DNA of 64,000 nucleotides from Klebsormidium nitens (Eukaryota > Plantae > Klebsormidiophyceae). The DNA lies in assembly GCA_000708835.1 (NCBI GenBank), contig DF236971.1:62001-126000 (forward strand). Direction: 5' to 3'. Position 1 is the stretch's first letter. The number at the start of each line of letters is the position of its first letter. Shown here in pieces: positions 40,001 to 51,800 of this stretch. The notes under the pieces were generated by a model that was not told where the DNA came from, made no database searches, and saw nothing but the letters and a program-made list of their open reading frames with translations. The position numbers were made by a program, and so were the translations under genes.

Positions 40001-43000
40001 CCGGACGATGACCGACATGCGCCGCCTGCACGTAGGAACATACAATTCAACTCTCAGGGTCATCGGGATTCCGGTTTTTAAGGGCTCCGAACCTGGATAA
40101 ACTCGAATATACAAAAAATTCAAAACCTTAGACTTGCGAGGGTGCAGAGTATGATTCGCTGGGTGCAACAAACAAGACCACGTCAGTTTCTTGGTCAGCA
40201 GACAGAGGGAACCTTTAGGCAGGTGTTGCAGCTGGACCCGGTTGAGCACAGGACAGAAAAGGGCCATCCTGTCGACCATTTCCCCAAATTTCCCCCAAAT
40301 ATTCGTCCCTGGCGTATGTGCGATGCAGTGTCTACAGCTCCTCAACAGGGTCACTCAGATGACAAGCTCTGGAAAGGCGAGACAAACTGAAGACAACCGT
40401 CCGATGACTTCACGTTCAATCCGTCAACACGTCGTTTGCCTGGTCCGCAATCATGCGTAGATTAGCGCAGCAAGCACTACTCTTTTCTCGTCCGAACAAA
40501 GGACCGAAGTCGATGGCCAAGCGAAGGAAAACGCTAAACCCCAAATCCGAAGGCCCACAACAAGTGCGATACGTCCGTCCCTCGTCCGAGCCGCCCACCT
40601 TTTGCTGCTGAACTCCAGGATGTTCAGCAGCTCGTATTTGAGCTGGCGGCTTTTACCGTCCGGCAGGGACTCCGTCAGGTAGAGAAATCCGGTTTGCCCC
40701 GATCCCGTGCGCTTGTGGAAGAAGAAGCCGAAGTGCTTGGCGGCCGTCACGAACGCGGCCTCGTCCGGCGACTCCGCCATGTACCTGGGGGAATGCGCCT
40801 TCTGATTCAAAGCAGGCTCTACTGCAAGCAGCTCGGCTACGAAAAGATACTTTGCAAACTTAGCACAGAAACTGGCGGCTGTGGCAAAAGGAGCTTCATG
40901 CTGAGACTCTGCCATGTACTTGCGGGAATGCAGTTCCCCTGTTGTGGCAGGCTTCACTGCAAGGAGCTCGCCTGCCCAAAGCAAGTTCGACGGTCAAGGA
41001 AGACCAGAGACTGGCAGTAAACGAACAGAAGAAGTCTCTTGGTTGCGAAAACAACCCCATAATCAGGTGTGGAAGAGAAGCCGTAACAAGAAATGTTGCA
41101 AGATAGGGAGGCCGGACGATGTAGGCATGGCCCATCCGAACAAGTTAAATTCTTTCAAAAAACTGCAAACCCCCTCACTTGATCCTGGTCAAATTGGGGT
41201 CCCCCTCCGGTACCACCGTGTGGCACACCGCCCATCAATGACAACGATAAACCGATTCAGAGGACGTTGGATGGGGCAAGCATGGCCGAACGGCTGAATG
41301 GAACAAACCCGGCCGGCCCACCAGGGAGCAAAGTAACTTGAGTTACTCCACGGACTAGGCTTGCGTCACGGTAAAGTCTTGCGCGGCTTAACACCGTCGT
41401 ACCTACGAATTAAAAACAGTGAAAACCCTCACTTGATTGCGGCCGGGTCAGGGTTCCCCTCCGAAATCACCGTGTGGCACACCGCCCATCACTGAACAAC
41501 GATAGATACGGTTCAGAGGACGTCGGCTGAAGCAAGAACGGCCTTACAAAAAAGAGAAAGCATTCTCCAAAATACGCAAGCCTCCTTACTTGATCCTGGC
41601 CGGATCCGGGTCCCCTTCCGGGATCACCGTGTGACACACCGCCAGTACTTCCATGAATCGCCGCACAACCTCCGCCCGTTCCTCCCGGTACCAACCCTGG
41701 GTTAACCGCGCGTCCCGCAGGTTAAACCCTTTTTCCAGCGGCATGTCCGGCGGCTCGTCGATGTCCTTTTTGGACACGGACCGTCCGAGCAGGTCCGCGG
41801 CGGCGCGCTCGACCTCCGTGATGCCCTTGCCGTACGAGACGCCCGCGACGGAGCACTTGAAGAAGTCCATCTGGTTGCGGGTGAGCGTGCCGGTCTTGTC
41901 GGACAGGATGGTTTGGATCTGTGTGGCAAGAAAAGGTTGGCCGGTCAGCTAGAGGCCCGCGATGGGGCACTTGATAGAGTCCCATCTGGTTGCATGTGAG
42001 CGGGCCGATCTTGTTGGAGAGAATGGTGTCAATCTGTTTAGCGAGGTTGGAAAAGTAGGTTGAGATAACGGTAGTATTGCCGTCTGGACTTGCGGGCTTG
42101 GGGTGCGACTGCTTTTGTGAATGATCAGGCCGGTAGAGAGCAAACCCTCTTTGTGGGATGCCGCGTTCGAAATCCACCTGGTTGGCGGTGAGCCTGCCAA
42201 TCTCGATGAAAAAGAATAGTTGGTATGTGCAAGAGAGGGCAGAAGCTTTTAAGCAAGAGATGGCAGTTTCGAGTAGAAGTAAATCGAACCCACACTGTGA
42301 GAGTCTTCCGTCTTTTAGGTCACCTACTGTGTTGGCAACCGACCCACTTCCTCTCAAGCTGCTGCAATCCCCGCTTGGCTCTGATCAACACCTGCTTTGC
42401 AAATAGTGGTATCAGGGTGGTCAGGATTCACCGTAGCTCTCTGAAGCCATCGTCCGGTCTGGAAAACTTTTCCACGCTGAGCAAACGGGAGCTGAAATGT
42501 CCACGAGACTCGGCCGTCCGGACGCACTTTCCCGAAACGTTTCCGAGAGCGTTGTTCCAACCTTACCATGCCTAGTTCCTCGTTCAGGTTGGAGGTGCGC
42601 GCCCGCGTCGGCTTATTGGATTCTTCATGGTAGATCCGCACGTCGTGGTTGATGAACGCCGCCTGGATGACGCGCGTGATCTCGATGGACACGTACAACG
42701 AGATGGGCACGAAGTAACCTGGAAGAAGTTGGTTGGTATTTGTCAAATGGATAATCAACTGCTTGCCCTAGACTCTTCTTTTTCCGTTAGTATGGAGTCA
42801 GATGGCGGGTCAGGGGCAGGCATCATCTGTAAGCAAGCCTCTCAGCAGTGTGAGACAATTGGAGTGCGGTCAGCGAGCCTGGATGATGTGCATAACCCCA
42901 ATGAATACTCAGAGCGAGATGGTCACGAGATAACCTGGGGGAAAAGGTGACGCCATGTCGCCCTCATGTTCCGGACCCCACTGCGAGTCAGACGATTTCT

Positions 43001-45166
43001 TCCTGTTGTGTGGTATGGGCCAACTAGAATGGACTAACGTCCTGGAGGATTCGCTTGCACATAATGACGGGTGCAAACTTCACCATTGCGAAACAGCGCG
43101 TCCTGTAACATCCTTAATTCCTTGTCTCCTAGATTGGTTCACGTCTTCGCCTAGACAGCCATCAGCGATCCTTTCAACCACCAAGAACGCTTTAAACGAC
43201 CACGTCCAAGAAACGATACGCACTTAGCAGACGCCAACAAGTACAGGCGTGTTCCAGGACTGGGTACGAGAGAGTGAAGAGCTCACCAAGAAGCGGTCAG
43301 CTCAAATTCTGAGGTTTCGAAGCAACGTGGCGCAACTCACCATACAGAACGAGAGCTGTGAAGAACTGGAGGAAGCCAGCCATTGCGGGCTTGCGCCAGT
43401 TGAACTGCGCCGATGCGATTGAGTTGGTGCCGGTAGTGTCGTCGGGCCGCAGGTACCTGCCGCATACAACATCAGTTTAAGTTGAATTCGATCCCCGTAG
43501 GCCGCGAGTATACGCTTTGGAGAGATGATGTATGATCTCCTCAGTTCTCATCGTGGATCAAATTGACGGGTCATTCGCCATGAAGTTTGCCTTGCCGCCC
43601 TCTCTCAGGGTTCCCCTCTTTATGTGGTTAAGCATTTCCTGAGTTCGCGCGTGCAGTAACAAATAAGAAAAGGAACTCGTTCTTGTCACAGGGATTTTAA
43701 AATGGCACACCTTCCTTATTCAAGCTTAGGTCAATACACGCTTTGGAGGGAACATTGATCAAATGTACTTAGGCAAGGATTCACTTATGAACACGGCACC
43801 GGCACGGCACCAGCTACAACCGCATCGCGACTGATATCTCATCTTGTAAGGGCTTGGTGTCACCAATCATCAATGCTCAGTGTGCGCACTCAGTAGAACA
43901 GATGACTGGCCACAGGATACCTTCGCTAGACATATGGTACTCACGTCGAGCCATCAAAGAGGTTCCACAAATTCAGGTACCTCATTTGACGCAACCCGGC
44001 CTTATTCGTTTCCATGATTTGATATTCTCCATTGACCAAGAGTCTAGAACACCCACATACTTTGTGCTCAAGTGCCCAGAAACGAACAAACCCAACATAC
44101 AGCCCCCTGCTATTCCTTATCACTGAGTTAGCCAGACACTGTCCACCGTGTGTTAGAAAGAAAGTCGACCCCAAGTGGGGAAAGGGCCAGGAACGAGATG
44201 AGGGTGACTGCCTCACCACTGGTCTTCCATGTCGTCACCCAGGCGCACACTGAACCACACCGCCGTCAATGTCGACATCGCGATTAGCAGTGCGAGCTGC
44301 CCCAGGATGATGTAATCCAGCCGCTTCTCAATGAAGCTCCGCTTAGAGGGCGGCGCCGTCGCATTCATCATGACCTTGGTATCGTGCCCGGTGAAGATCA
44401 CCGCCCCGTAGACCTCCCCGGTGTTCCGCAGATCGCTCCCCCTCAGGAGAACGTTCTCGGGCCCCAGGGGGATCACCTCGCCCCGCCAGGTTAGGTTTCC
44501 CGCAAACGTGTACAGCGACGGGTTAGGCTGCTCGCACTCAACCGTCCCGTCGAATGTTACAAACCCGTCGGGGTACAGCTCCCGTGTCGCTTCCACCGCG
44601 TTTCGCACCTTGAGATTCGTTTCTCCGTCCAGATTCATCGTCTCTACGAAGCCAACGCCCTCCGGATCGCTCGAGCCCAAGAATACCAGATCGCCCGGGA
44701 AAGATGTGTCGCGCTTTACTAGAACTATGTCCCCGACTCGCACGTCTCGCCACCGGCGGGGCTCCACTTTCCCCGGGCCGAGAACCACGTCGACCATCGT
44801 CCCATTCAGCTTTTTATCCGACCGGCCGCGCTTGAGATCCTCAATCCCCTCCTTGATCATCGCCACGCCGATGACAAAGCACAGGGGCAGGATCGTGGTT
44901 ATGGGGTTAACCGGGGTGATTGGGGTTAGGGAGAGGCACGCGTGGAAGAGAAAGTAGATGTTCGCCACACGCCGAAACTGCTCGAAGAGGCCTTTCGGGA
45001 GGAAGGTTAGAAAGTTGTACTTGGTGGTGTGGATTGCATTCTTGGCGAAGCCCTTTTTAAGGTTCCGCTCGGGGGCGCCGCAGTGCACCGTGCGCGTAGT
45101 CCCGTCCACGGGCTTCTGACGGAGCGCAAAGCGCTTGAGCCCGGAGAGCGTCGGGTGGGGCCCCAT
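31099..45166 (-). CDS. ALA: P4-type ATPase (phospholipid flippase, ALA family), 14 exons, ~1260 aa
   Basis: Exons 45166-44217, 43456-43341, 42718-42567, 41918-41590, 40784-40599, 40025-39917, 39333-39091, 37779-37576, 36333-36097, 35415-35191, 34512-34234, 33434-33337, 32250-31984 and 31486-31099 total 3783 nt with all phases consistent. Motifs: [38 protein letters not shown] (phospho-Asp), [30 protein letters not shown] and YFFYKN. Confidence 0.97.
32190..32860 (-). repeat. Four echo copies of the ALA exon-13 acceptor plus exon start
   Basis: The real CCCAG|GTTTACCGCGGTGGTGGTTATCGCCAAC...CCAGTACTGG (32250) recurs at equivalent positions 32396, 32553, 32703 and ~32853. Spacings are 146, 157, 150 and 150 bp. 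Confidence 0.85.
34450..34845 (-). repeat. Two echo copies of the ALA exon-11 start
   Basis: TACAAGAACTTCCTCTTCGGCTTCACCGTCTTCTTCGGCAACGGCTAC recurs degenerately at offsets +151 and +336 in the upstream intron. Confidence 0.75.
35421..35477. repeat. ~29-bp tandem duplication abutting the ALA exon-10 acceptor
   Basis: GGAAAGAGCGCGTCGAGTGAATCTCTG followed by GGAAAGGAGCGCATCGAGTGAATCTCTG. Confidence 0.85.
35950..36565 (-). repeat. Echo copies flanking ALA exon 9 (one donor, two acceptors)
   Basis: Donor echo ATCTGCTGGCGCGTGTCGCCCATGCGAAAGTCGCAG|GTGCGC ends at 35958 (real 36097). Acceptor echoes GCAG|GC(A/G)TCC(A/G)T(A/C)AAGTGCGTCCTGCGCC lie at 36431 and 36554 (real 36333). Confidence 0.88.
36858..37640 (-). 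repeat. Four echo copies of the ALA exon-8 3' end plus donor, higher-order dimer
   Basis: GAGGTGCACGAGGCGGAAGCCACCAAAGACGCCGCAAAGATTAAGGAG|GTGGG (37576) recurs ending at 37407, 37226, 37057 and 36866. Copies alternate between ...ATCAAGCAG and ...AAGATTAAGGAG variants. Confidence 0.93.
37735..38235 (-). repeat. Three echo copies of the ALA exon-8 acceptor plus exon start
   Basis: AG|GTGGGCGTCCCCCAGACGATCGACAAGCTGGCCAAGGCGGGCA (37779) recurs at 37934, 38098 and 38225. Confidence 0.92.
38640..39150 (-). repeat. Three echo copies of the ALA exon-7 3' end plus donor
   Basis: GAGCGGGACCTGACGCTAGTCGGGGCGACAGCAATTGAGGATAAGCTGCAG|GT (39091) recurs ending at 38943, 38791 and 38647, each followed by GTGAGG. 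Spacings are 148, 152 and 144 bp. Confidence 0.92.
40730..42945 (-). repeat. Echo copies around ALA exons 3-5
   Basis: Exon-5 start echo at 40919 (translates [12 protein letters not shown] vs [12 protein letters not shown]). Exon-4 donor echoes end at 41433 and 41179 (GCGGTGTGCCACACGGTG...ATCAA|GTGAGG). Exon-4 acceptor echo at 42033 and exon-3 acceptor echo at 42934. Confidence 0.85.
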
Positions 45167-47900
45167 GATGGGGGGAGAACTGGCCGCTCTAGTTACTCAA
45201 GGTGCTTTCTAGCTAGGTTTTCGACGACCGCCTCAGCGTTGATCATGCTCATACTCCCCTGGCTGCTCGCAAGTCTCCCGAAGCCTGCGCTTGAAGCTGT
45301 CTAAAGCCAGCTACCTTCAGTAGTCGACTCAATTTCTAAATGCTCTTGCCCTGGCAATCAAGTGTGTCGCCGGCAAGAACTAGCACATTCTCTCCCTACC
45401 CGTTGCTTCAAGCGGTTACATGATTCTAAGCCAACAAAAGCCCCCTAAGCAAAAGCCTCGATCACAGCCTTCCTTCTACAAGTGCCAGCCTAAGCCCCTC
45501 CAATGTGCTACACGCCAGACCTTATGACTGCCCTCCTGTTTCCCTGCAAAAGCGTGGAAGGAAACTTTTTGAAGATTGTGATATAGTCCTTCTTTACGCT
45601 CTCTACAATCATAGGACGTCACAGTCACAATGTGGAGTGGAGGCTGTAATGTGTAGAGGGTTTCTGATTGATGCACTAGCTGAGACTTCAAGAGCCTCAA
45701 GCGCATTGCTTGAAGCTAAGAATGATTTCAACCGAGGTGCAATTATGAGGGGGAACCCTCATGGGTTTCTTCACAATGCAGCCACCAATGCAGCTAAGTC
45801 TTTGCTGCAAGATTGAAAGTGGCAGTATTGAAATGCAAGGAGTTCAGTGTTCTATGCTCGGTTCCTCCTGATTGGTGTAAAACCATGGCAAGAATTCAAA
45901 GCCTGCGAGGGGCTAAAGGTAGCATGTAATGCTGCAACCAGAGCTTAAAAAGCTAGACAAGCGGTCAATGCAAATCTTCTCAGGCTGCTCGGCCACAATG
46001 TTGCAGTCGTCATGTCCCATCCGCAGCTGGATAGGAACAGTCGATGGACCTTATTGGTCTTGGAGTGCGAATGCTCTCCAGAAACACCAACATCGCACAC
46101 TAAGGCAACGCAGACTCTAGTCCTTTCTGTTGGAGAACAGCAACTGTCCTTGACTCTCATCCAATTGTGCAAGGATCATCCAGGCCAAAAGGCAATGTTC
46201 AGCACCAATAGCTGAATGTCCTGTTTTAGAGGGCAGATTCCCTAGTCTAACATTTGCAGCTGTTCTAAGCATGATGTCAAATGTGACATGGTGCTGAATT
46301 CCAGAATGCCATGCGCAGCAAAGGGCAATTGAACATTCTTCTGAAGTGGTGGTCATTTTTGATCCTCTTTGAAAATGAAGGCACCATATCGAAGGGATTA
46401 TTTAGTCTTTTTTTTAAAAGAAAAACACAACCGTATTGACCAAACGCCTCACAATAGAACTGTATAGTTGTCAAAGACATCGAGATAAATACACCGAGGA
46501 TTAAGCACAAGCGAGAGGCGCAAGCCAGCAAGAAAACAACTAGAGCCCTGTATTGAAGACATCAGCATTCTGCACAATGCTGACGAGCCACCAGCAGGAT
46601 GCCCGCATCAATAACATCTGTGTCCTTCAAATCTTATGCAGTACCCCGACAAAATGAAAAGCAAGCTGACAGTAAGTGGCACTGCTTCAAAATGGCAGCG
46701 CCTTATGACTACTAAAACCTGCCCTTCTGATCTTGTGCAGATCGAAGGCCAACCCCAGCAAAGTGACCATGTATCCCAGAATGACGTCATCTTGATGAAG
46801 CAACGGGAGCTAACAGTTTCCAAGATGCCGGTTGATCATGTGCATCCTGGGCTTGGTTGACTTGCAGTAGCCATGGGCCAATGGCCAGGTGTTCATGCTA
46901 GGTAGCCAGATCAAAAAGCAGAGCCGCAAAGTCCATGAAGAGACGCAAGATGGTCTCAATACAGACGCTTGACATTCAACTTTCCATCCTCCACAAATTG
47001 CGCAGTGGTAGTTTCTAATCGATGGGTCGGGTTATCAATATGCCGATTGTTGATCAATAGGAGGTGCCAGAGCTGGAAACATTTGCCGGCAGATTTCAAT
47101 AAACACCGGCGCATGATCAAAACATGTTGATGCAAAGCAGACGCGAACACAAGAAACAACTCAACAGAAAACCAAAGAAGAGCTGGTCCTTGCGCCCACA
47201 GATCTCACCAAATAAGCCTCACCTTCGATTGCTTTCTCAGAATCCCCCGAACATCATACACGAAATGGATCCCCAGGCGCGAAACAGCTTCTACGCGCAT
47301 TGCCTTCGTCGACGGGACCCCGGAAGCAGCTGAGATGATCAAGACACAAACCTGGGCCAATTTTCAAGAGAGCTCAGAACATGCCAGATGGAGAGCTCGA
47401 GGCTCCTGCGCATTTCCAGCTGCACGGCAGCACAGCGCTCCCGGACCTCAGCGGTTCCTTCGTCCCTCTCGGAAGTTTCTGAAGGGAGTGACCATGACCG
47501 TACGGTGTCATCTTCACGTCACGCCTTCTATTGACGTACGAAGTTTGCGCTGTACTGGCAAGTACAGCTTGCGCTAAAGTTCCCGATTATGTTTGGAGAT
47601 TTTCTGCATACAAGCTGGACGAAGCTACAAGTATTTACACGGATATGCTACATCGGGCATCTCTCTTTAAGCCCTAAAATGCCGCATATAATATATTCCT
47701 GAAGCACACCCACTAATAGGCAGGTAATATCCAGTCATATCCCGAGCCAATATCCAATATGAAGAGCTCTTTTCAGAAGAGCAGGTAGGTAGGTACCGAC
47801 GGTACACATTGATGGTACTCGTGGGTCGTGAGATGCAATGACGCCGACGTCATAAGAGGGCCCAGATACGCGCGCGCTCATTCAGTGTCGACATCACACA

Positions 47901-48278
47901 GTGTCGGCTTGAAAGACGGTGCCGTTAAGCGACGCGCTCCTACCGTTGTCGGAGCTTTGGTCGGCTCTGATCTGCAACGGTGTTCGACACGAGCCGTCAC
48001 ACCAGGCTAACGTCAGCCGACGGGATTGCCACCCGGCCGACTCAACCGAGGGGCGTCGGCCTAAATGCCGACAAATTACTCGAGGCAGAATCTAGGTGTT
48101 TGGCTGACACAAGCCGACCGGTTCAGAGGTCCAGCCGGCTGACCGCGGAACAGTCAGCCTGGGAGCCTAGTCCCGACGAAATCAAAACTCCGTGTCGAAC
48201 GCTGAGATCCTGCAATCCATGAAACCCCGCAAGCGTCTTGCCAGACTGAGCCGTCGTTAAGAGGACCGTCACTGACAC
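47901..48278. repeat. Degenerate ~380-bp inverted repeat (foldback, possible MITE relic)
   Basis: Nested complementary blocks share one axis near 48085: 47915-47934 with 48252-48270, GTTCGACACG 47982-47991 with CGTGTCGAAC 48191-48200, GTCAGCCG 48012-48019 with CGGCTGAC 48136-48143, and GTGTC 47901 with GACAC 48278. Confidence 0.55.
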
Positions 48279-48328
48279 CTCACCACGGTAATGGTTTAGC
48301 CTGACATCAAAGTCCAGATCCTGCAGCC

Positions 48329-48368
48329 TCAGGCTCAGGAGTCAGGAGTCAGGAGTCAGGAGTTCAGG
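48329..48368. repeat. Heptamer microsatellite (TCAGGAG)4
   Basis: Four perfect units at 48335-48362 plus degenerate flanks. Confidence 0.9.
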
Positions 48369-48872
48369 ACAAGAAAAGCGGGAGAAAAGCAAATGTGCAA
48401 GTTGAACTTGAAGAGGATGGGCGTGCATTTCGTCTTGAACATTGACAAGCCTTTGGCTTTGGTCCGCGGAAAAGCTTTTGAAAGGCCGCTGCTACAAGAC
48501 CAAGCAAGAGAGTGGTTTTGATTCGTGTTTTCAAAGCTCCATGCAGATGTTTTCCGGGTTCGGTGATCAAGGATGTTAGCTCTGGCTTCCTTGTAACCTA
48601 CATTGCCTTTCTGCAGTAAGTCCAGGAGCGCTACGTACGGTGCTGTTGACACCCATGTTTTGGTCAACCTCTGTCTGATTCGTCTCCTTCAGCACACTGA
48701 TCAACATCAAGTCAACTTAGGCACTTTCTCGCACATAAGACGCTCGCTCTTTGCTTAGCCCTCAGCTCTGACACGGTGCTTTGGGAGGCAGATTTTGAGA
48801 GCATAACCGCATTGTACACAAACATGTCGTACACGCATCTCTAGTTGCAAACCACTTTCGCGAGCGGCCGCC

Positions 48873-51800
48873 ATGGTGCTGGGGTTAGAGGGCTCCGTCG
48901 CCTCCCCCCGACACCGTTTCGGGCCCCAGTCCTCGCCCAAGGCTGGAAAGCGGCCCGGTGCCAAGGGCTTCCGTGCTAGTGTTGTGCGCGGCGTGCGGGA
49001 CTGCTTCAACCCCCACTCGACGAGCTGCCTCACCTCGCTTCCGCTTTTTCTGGCCGCGTTGGTTTTAAGTTTCACGCTTGTGCGCTTCTATGACGCGGTA
49101 GACCAGCGGATTGACGCCGTGCACCGGCTCACGCTGAAGGAGGAGGAGCTGGCGGACGTGCTCGCAACTAGAGCGGAGGCGCGGGTGGCCGTGCTGCAGG
49201 CGCGGAAACGGCTGGTGAGCAGGGCGCCCTCACAACCTTGCAACTCTATGCGGTAGATGGTGCTTCCTTTTGATGTAGTTGCGGACGAGGAAGGTCACAC
49301 ATTATCAGGTTGTTATGTTTGTAGTGGAACTGGTCTAGAATGCTGTGAATATTGGCTGAGTATCATTCGGAAGTTGCAGCGCCTTCCGAAGTTGGTGTTT
49401 GCTGCACTGGGCAGTAGCAGCCGTGTATGAGAAGCCGTTGACAACGTGTTCCTGTTGACTTCTGCTGATCGCTGTCAAGACTTTGCTTCTCACCGAGTGC
49501 CAATGTGGCATTTAGGCGGGCTGCACTGTACTTGTGAAGTTTCTTCCAAAGGGATCCCCCAATGCAGTCGTCCTTGCCACGCCGTACGTCGTGTGCCTTG
49601 TGCACAAAGCGACTCCCCTTTCAGACAGTTTCCTGACGCAGCTTCATTTTGAAGCGGGTTTTGCCCTGTGCACCTGGAGCCCGTGATATTAACCTCTGAC
49701 TTACTCTTTAAAATCTGTGTCTGGTTGATTTGAAACCCCAACCCCTCCTCCCCTAATCGAGTGACCCTTACAAAGGAACTGCAGTGACAGGCGCTCATCT
49801 TGCAAAATGCTGTCTTTTGTTCCACACTTTTTCTTCCCCCATGCATCCATGTGAGAAATGCAGTTGCCTTCTCCTCGCCCCCCATGTTTTGCAAAGGATT
49901 CTGGAGGCAGACGAAGAGGCGCAACAGCAGAAGAGCAACATTCATGAATCCTCCCCGTACTCTCCACAGATTTCGGGCATCTACTGTGACACAGGATCTT
50001 GCTCGTTATCGCAGTTAATGTCAAACCGCTCTAGTCAATCTTCTAGTCAAAGGGTAATCAGACTTTAGTCAAGATTTAGACTATCTTCACTTCCCCCATT
50101 TGCAGGTGACCCTGGAAGAAGATGCGGAGTTGCAACGGCAGGAGCTTGAGCGGGCGCTCGCCACCGCCAACCGCCTCGAGCGCGAAATGACGCGTATGCA
50201 ACAAGTCGGGAAGGCCGCACTCCTGCAGGCCAACAAAAATCCCACCAATTTAGTTGGAGGGGCGAGCGAAGACGCGGCTCACGAGCTGCTCATGTGCTCG
50301 GCGCACGTGCGAGTCGCACAGGGGGAGATCAACCAACTAGAGGGGCGGCTTGGCGTGGCGCGCGATCTGTTGCTGGAGGCGGTTGGAGGACAGGCGTGGT
50401 CGGCAAACACGAAATGGGTGGAGGCGGAAAAGACGGGGGAGAAACTAGACCCGAGGGGGTTTCTGCCGGAGGGGGCGAGGAAAGAAGTCGGCGCGGGCCT
50501 GCGAGAAGTTGGGGGGCAAGCTCTGGAGGTGATCTCGGAAGCGGAGGAAGAGCTCCAGATTGACCAGCTGGCGAGGATGCCCCGAGCGGGGATTGTCAGG
50601 TTCGTTGCGGTTCGTTTACTCGTATCAAGAGCAGGTTTATCCGGGAAGGTGGGCATAGGATGTGCATGTGCGGTTCAGAGCCTCCGCATGTGCCGAAACC
50701 CTCACCAAAGCGTTGTCCACTTCCTGCTATCTATGTTTGATGCTGCAATCACATCCCGTCACAGAATGTAGTCATTGTAAGGGTGCTCTTTTAAACGCAA
50801 GCAGCAATTCGTTGCCAGGCTTGATTTGTCTGCGCTTGGAGGACCAAGTCCGCTCACCATATTTTCAAACCGTCATCTCATAAAATGAACGGAGGCCGTC
50901 ACGCTGGCTGCATCCACAAGCCTGACAATAGCACGCTCCGACCCAGTTATCGCTGCCCGACTCGATCCAATTGCCCCTTCTTGCCGTTCTGGAAAAGTGC
51001 ATCTGCTCGTGCGGGTGCCGACCAAGAAACAAAGAGCAGTCGTCTCTCCCAAGCAGGCCTCCCCTTCGGGAAAATGGTCAGCCCTGTAATCAAATTCACC
51101 ACCAGCAAACGTGGGCTAAGTCCTTTTTTCTTTGCAGTCCGGGCGATGGTTGCAATCACGTCGCTCCTCCGAGCACCAAGTTCGCGGTGCAGTGGGCGCC
51201 TCCTCGGCGGTGGGTCTTCCAACCGAAGGACGGCATCCTGCATAACCTGCGGCCGACGATCTCCCGCCTGCCGCACATTTCGCCATGGCGGTGGATAGCA
51301 GGTCAGACCCTCTCATCTGCAAGCCCTTTCGGAGTTGAGTTTTTTAACTTTGTGACGTCCATTCTTTGACCCGGCTGTCGCTTCTTCCCCGTTCGAAGCA
51401 AGCAAGATGCACGGAATTTGCTCTACGCTGATGCTTGTCCAATGGTATTTGAAGAGGACATTCCGTCAGAAATTTAGTGACGTTTGCAGCCCGTCTTTTC
51501 TTCTCTTCGGATGGAGTAGCTTCGCCCTACTCCCGAAGAAGGCAACATCCTACAGTCTCATGCCGGCGCTGTGAGCATCACGATTCACGAAAGGGGTGCT
51601 CAACCGGAACCTATCGCCGCCCTTGGCTTGAGAGAACGGAAGGGGAGGAGAACAGGGACTCCCGGCGGATTCCCTTTGAACCCCCTTCCTTTATGACCCC
51701 TTCGATCGACGGTCAAAGTTAAGACATCTGATCAAACTAGACCCTGGATCCCTGGGGTTATAGTTAGGAGGGGTCTCTTACGTTCGCTCGGGAGTCCACG

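Noticed and set aside
45300-47600. AT-richer stretch with several 60-90-aa ORFs upstream of ALA
   Set aside because: No motifs, codon bias or coherent splice pattern. Likely promoter, UTR or intergenic sequence.
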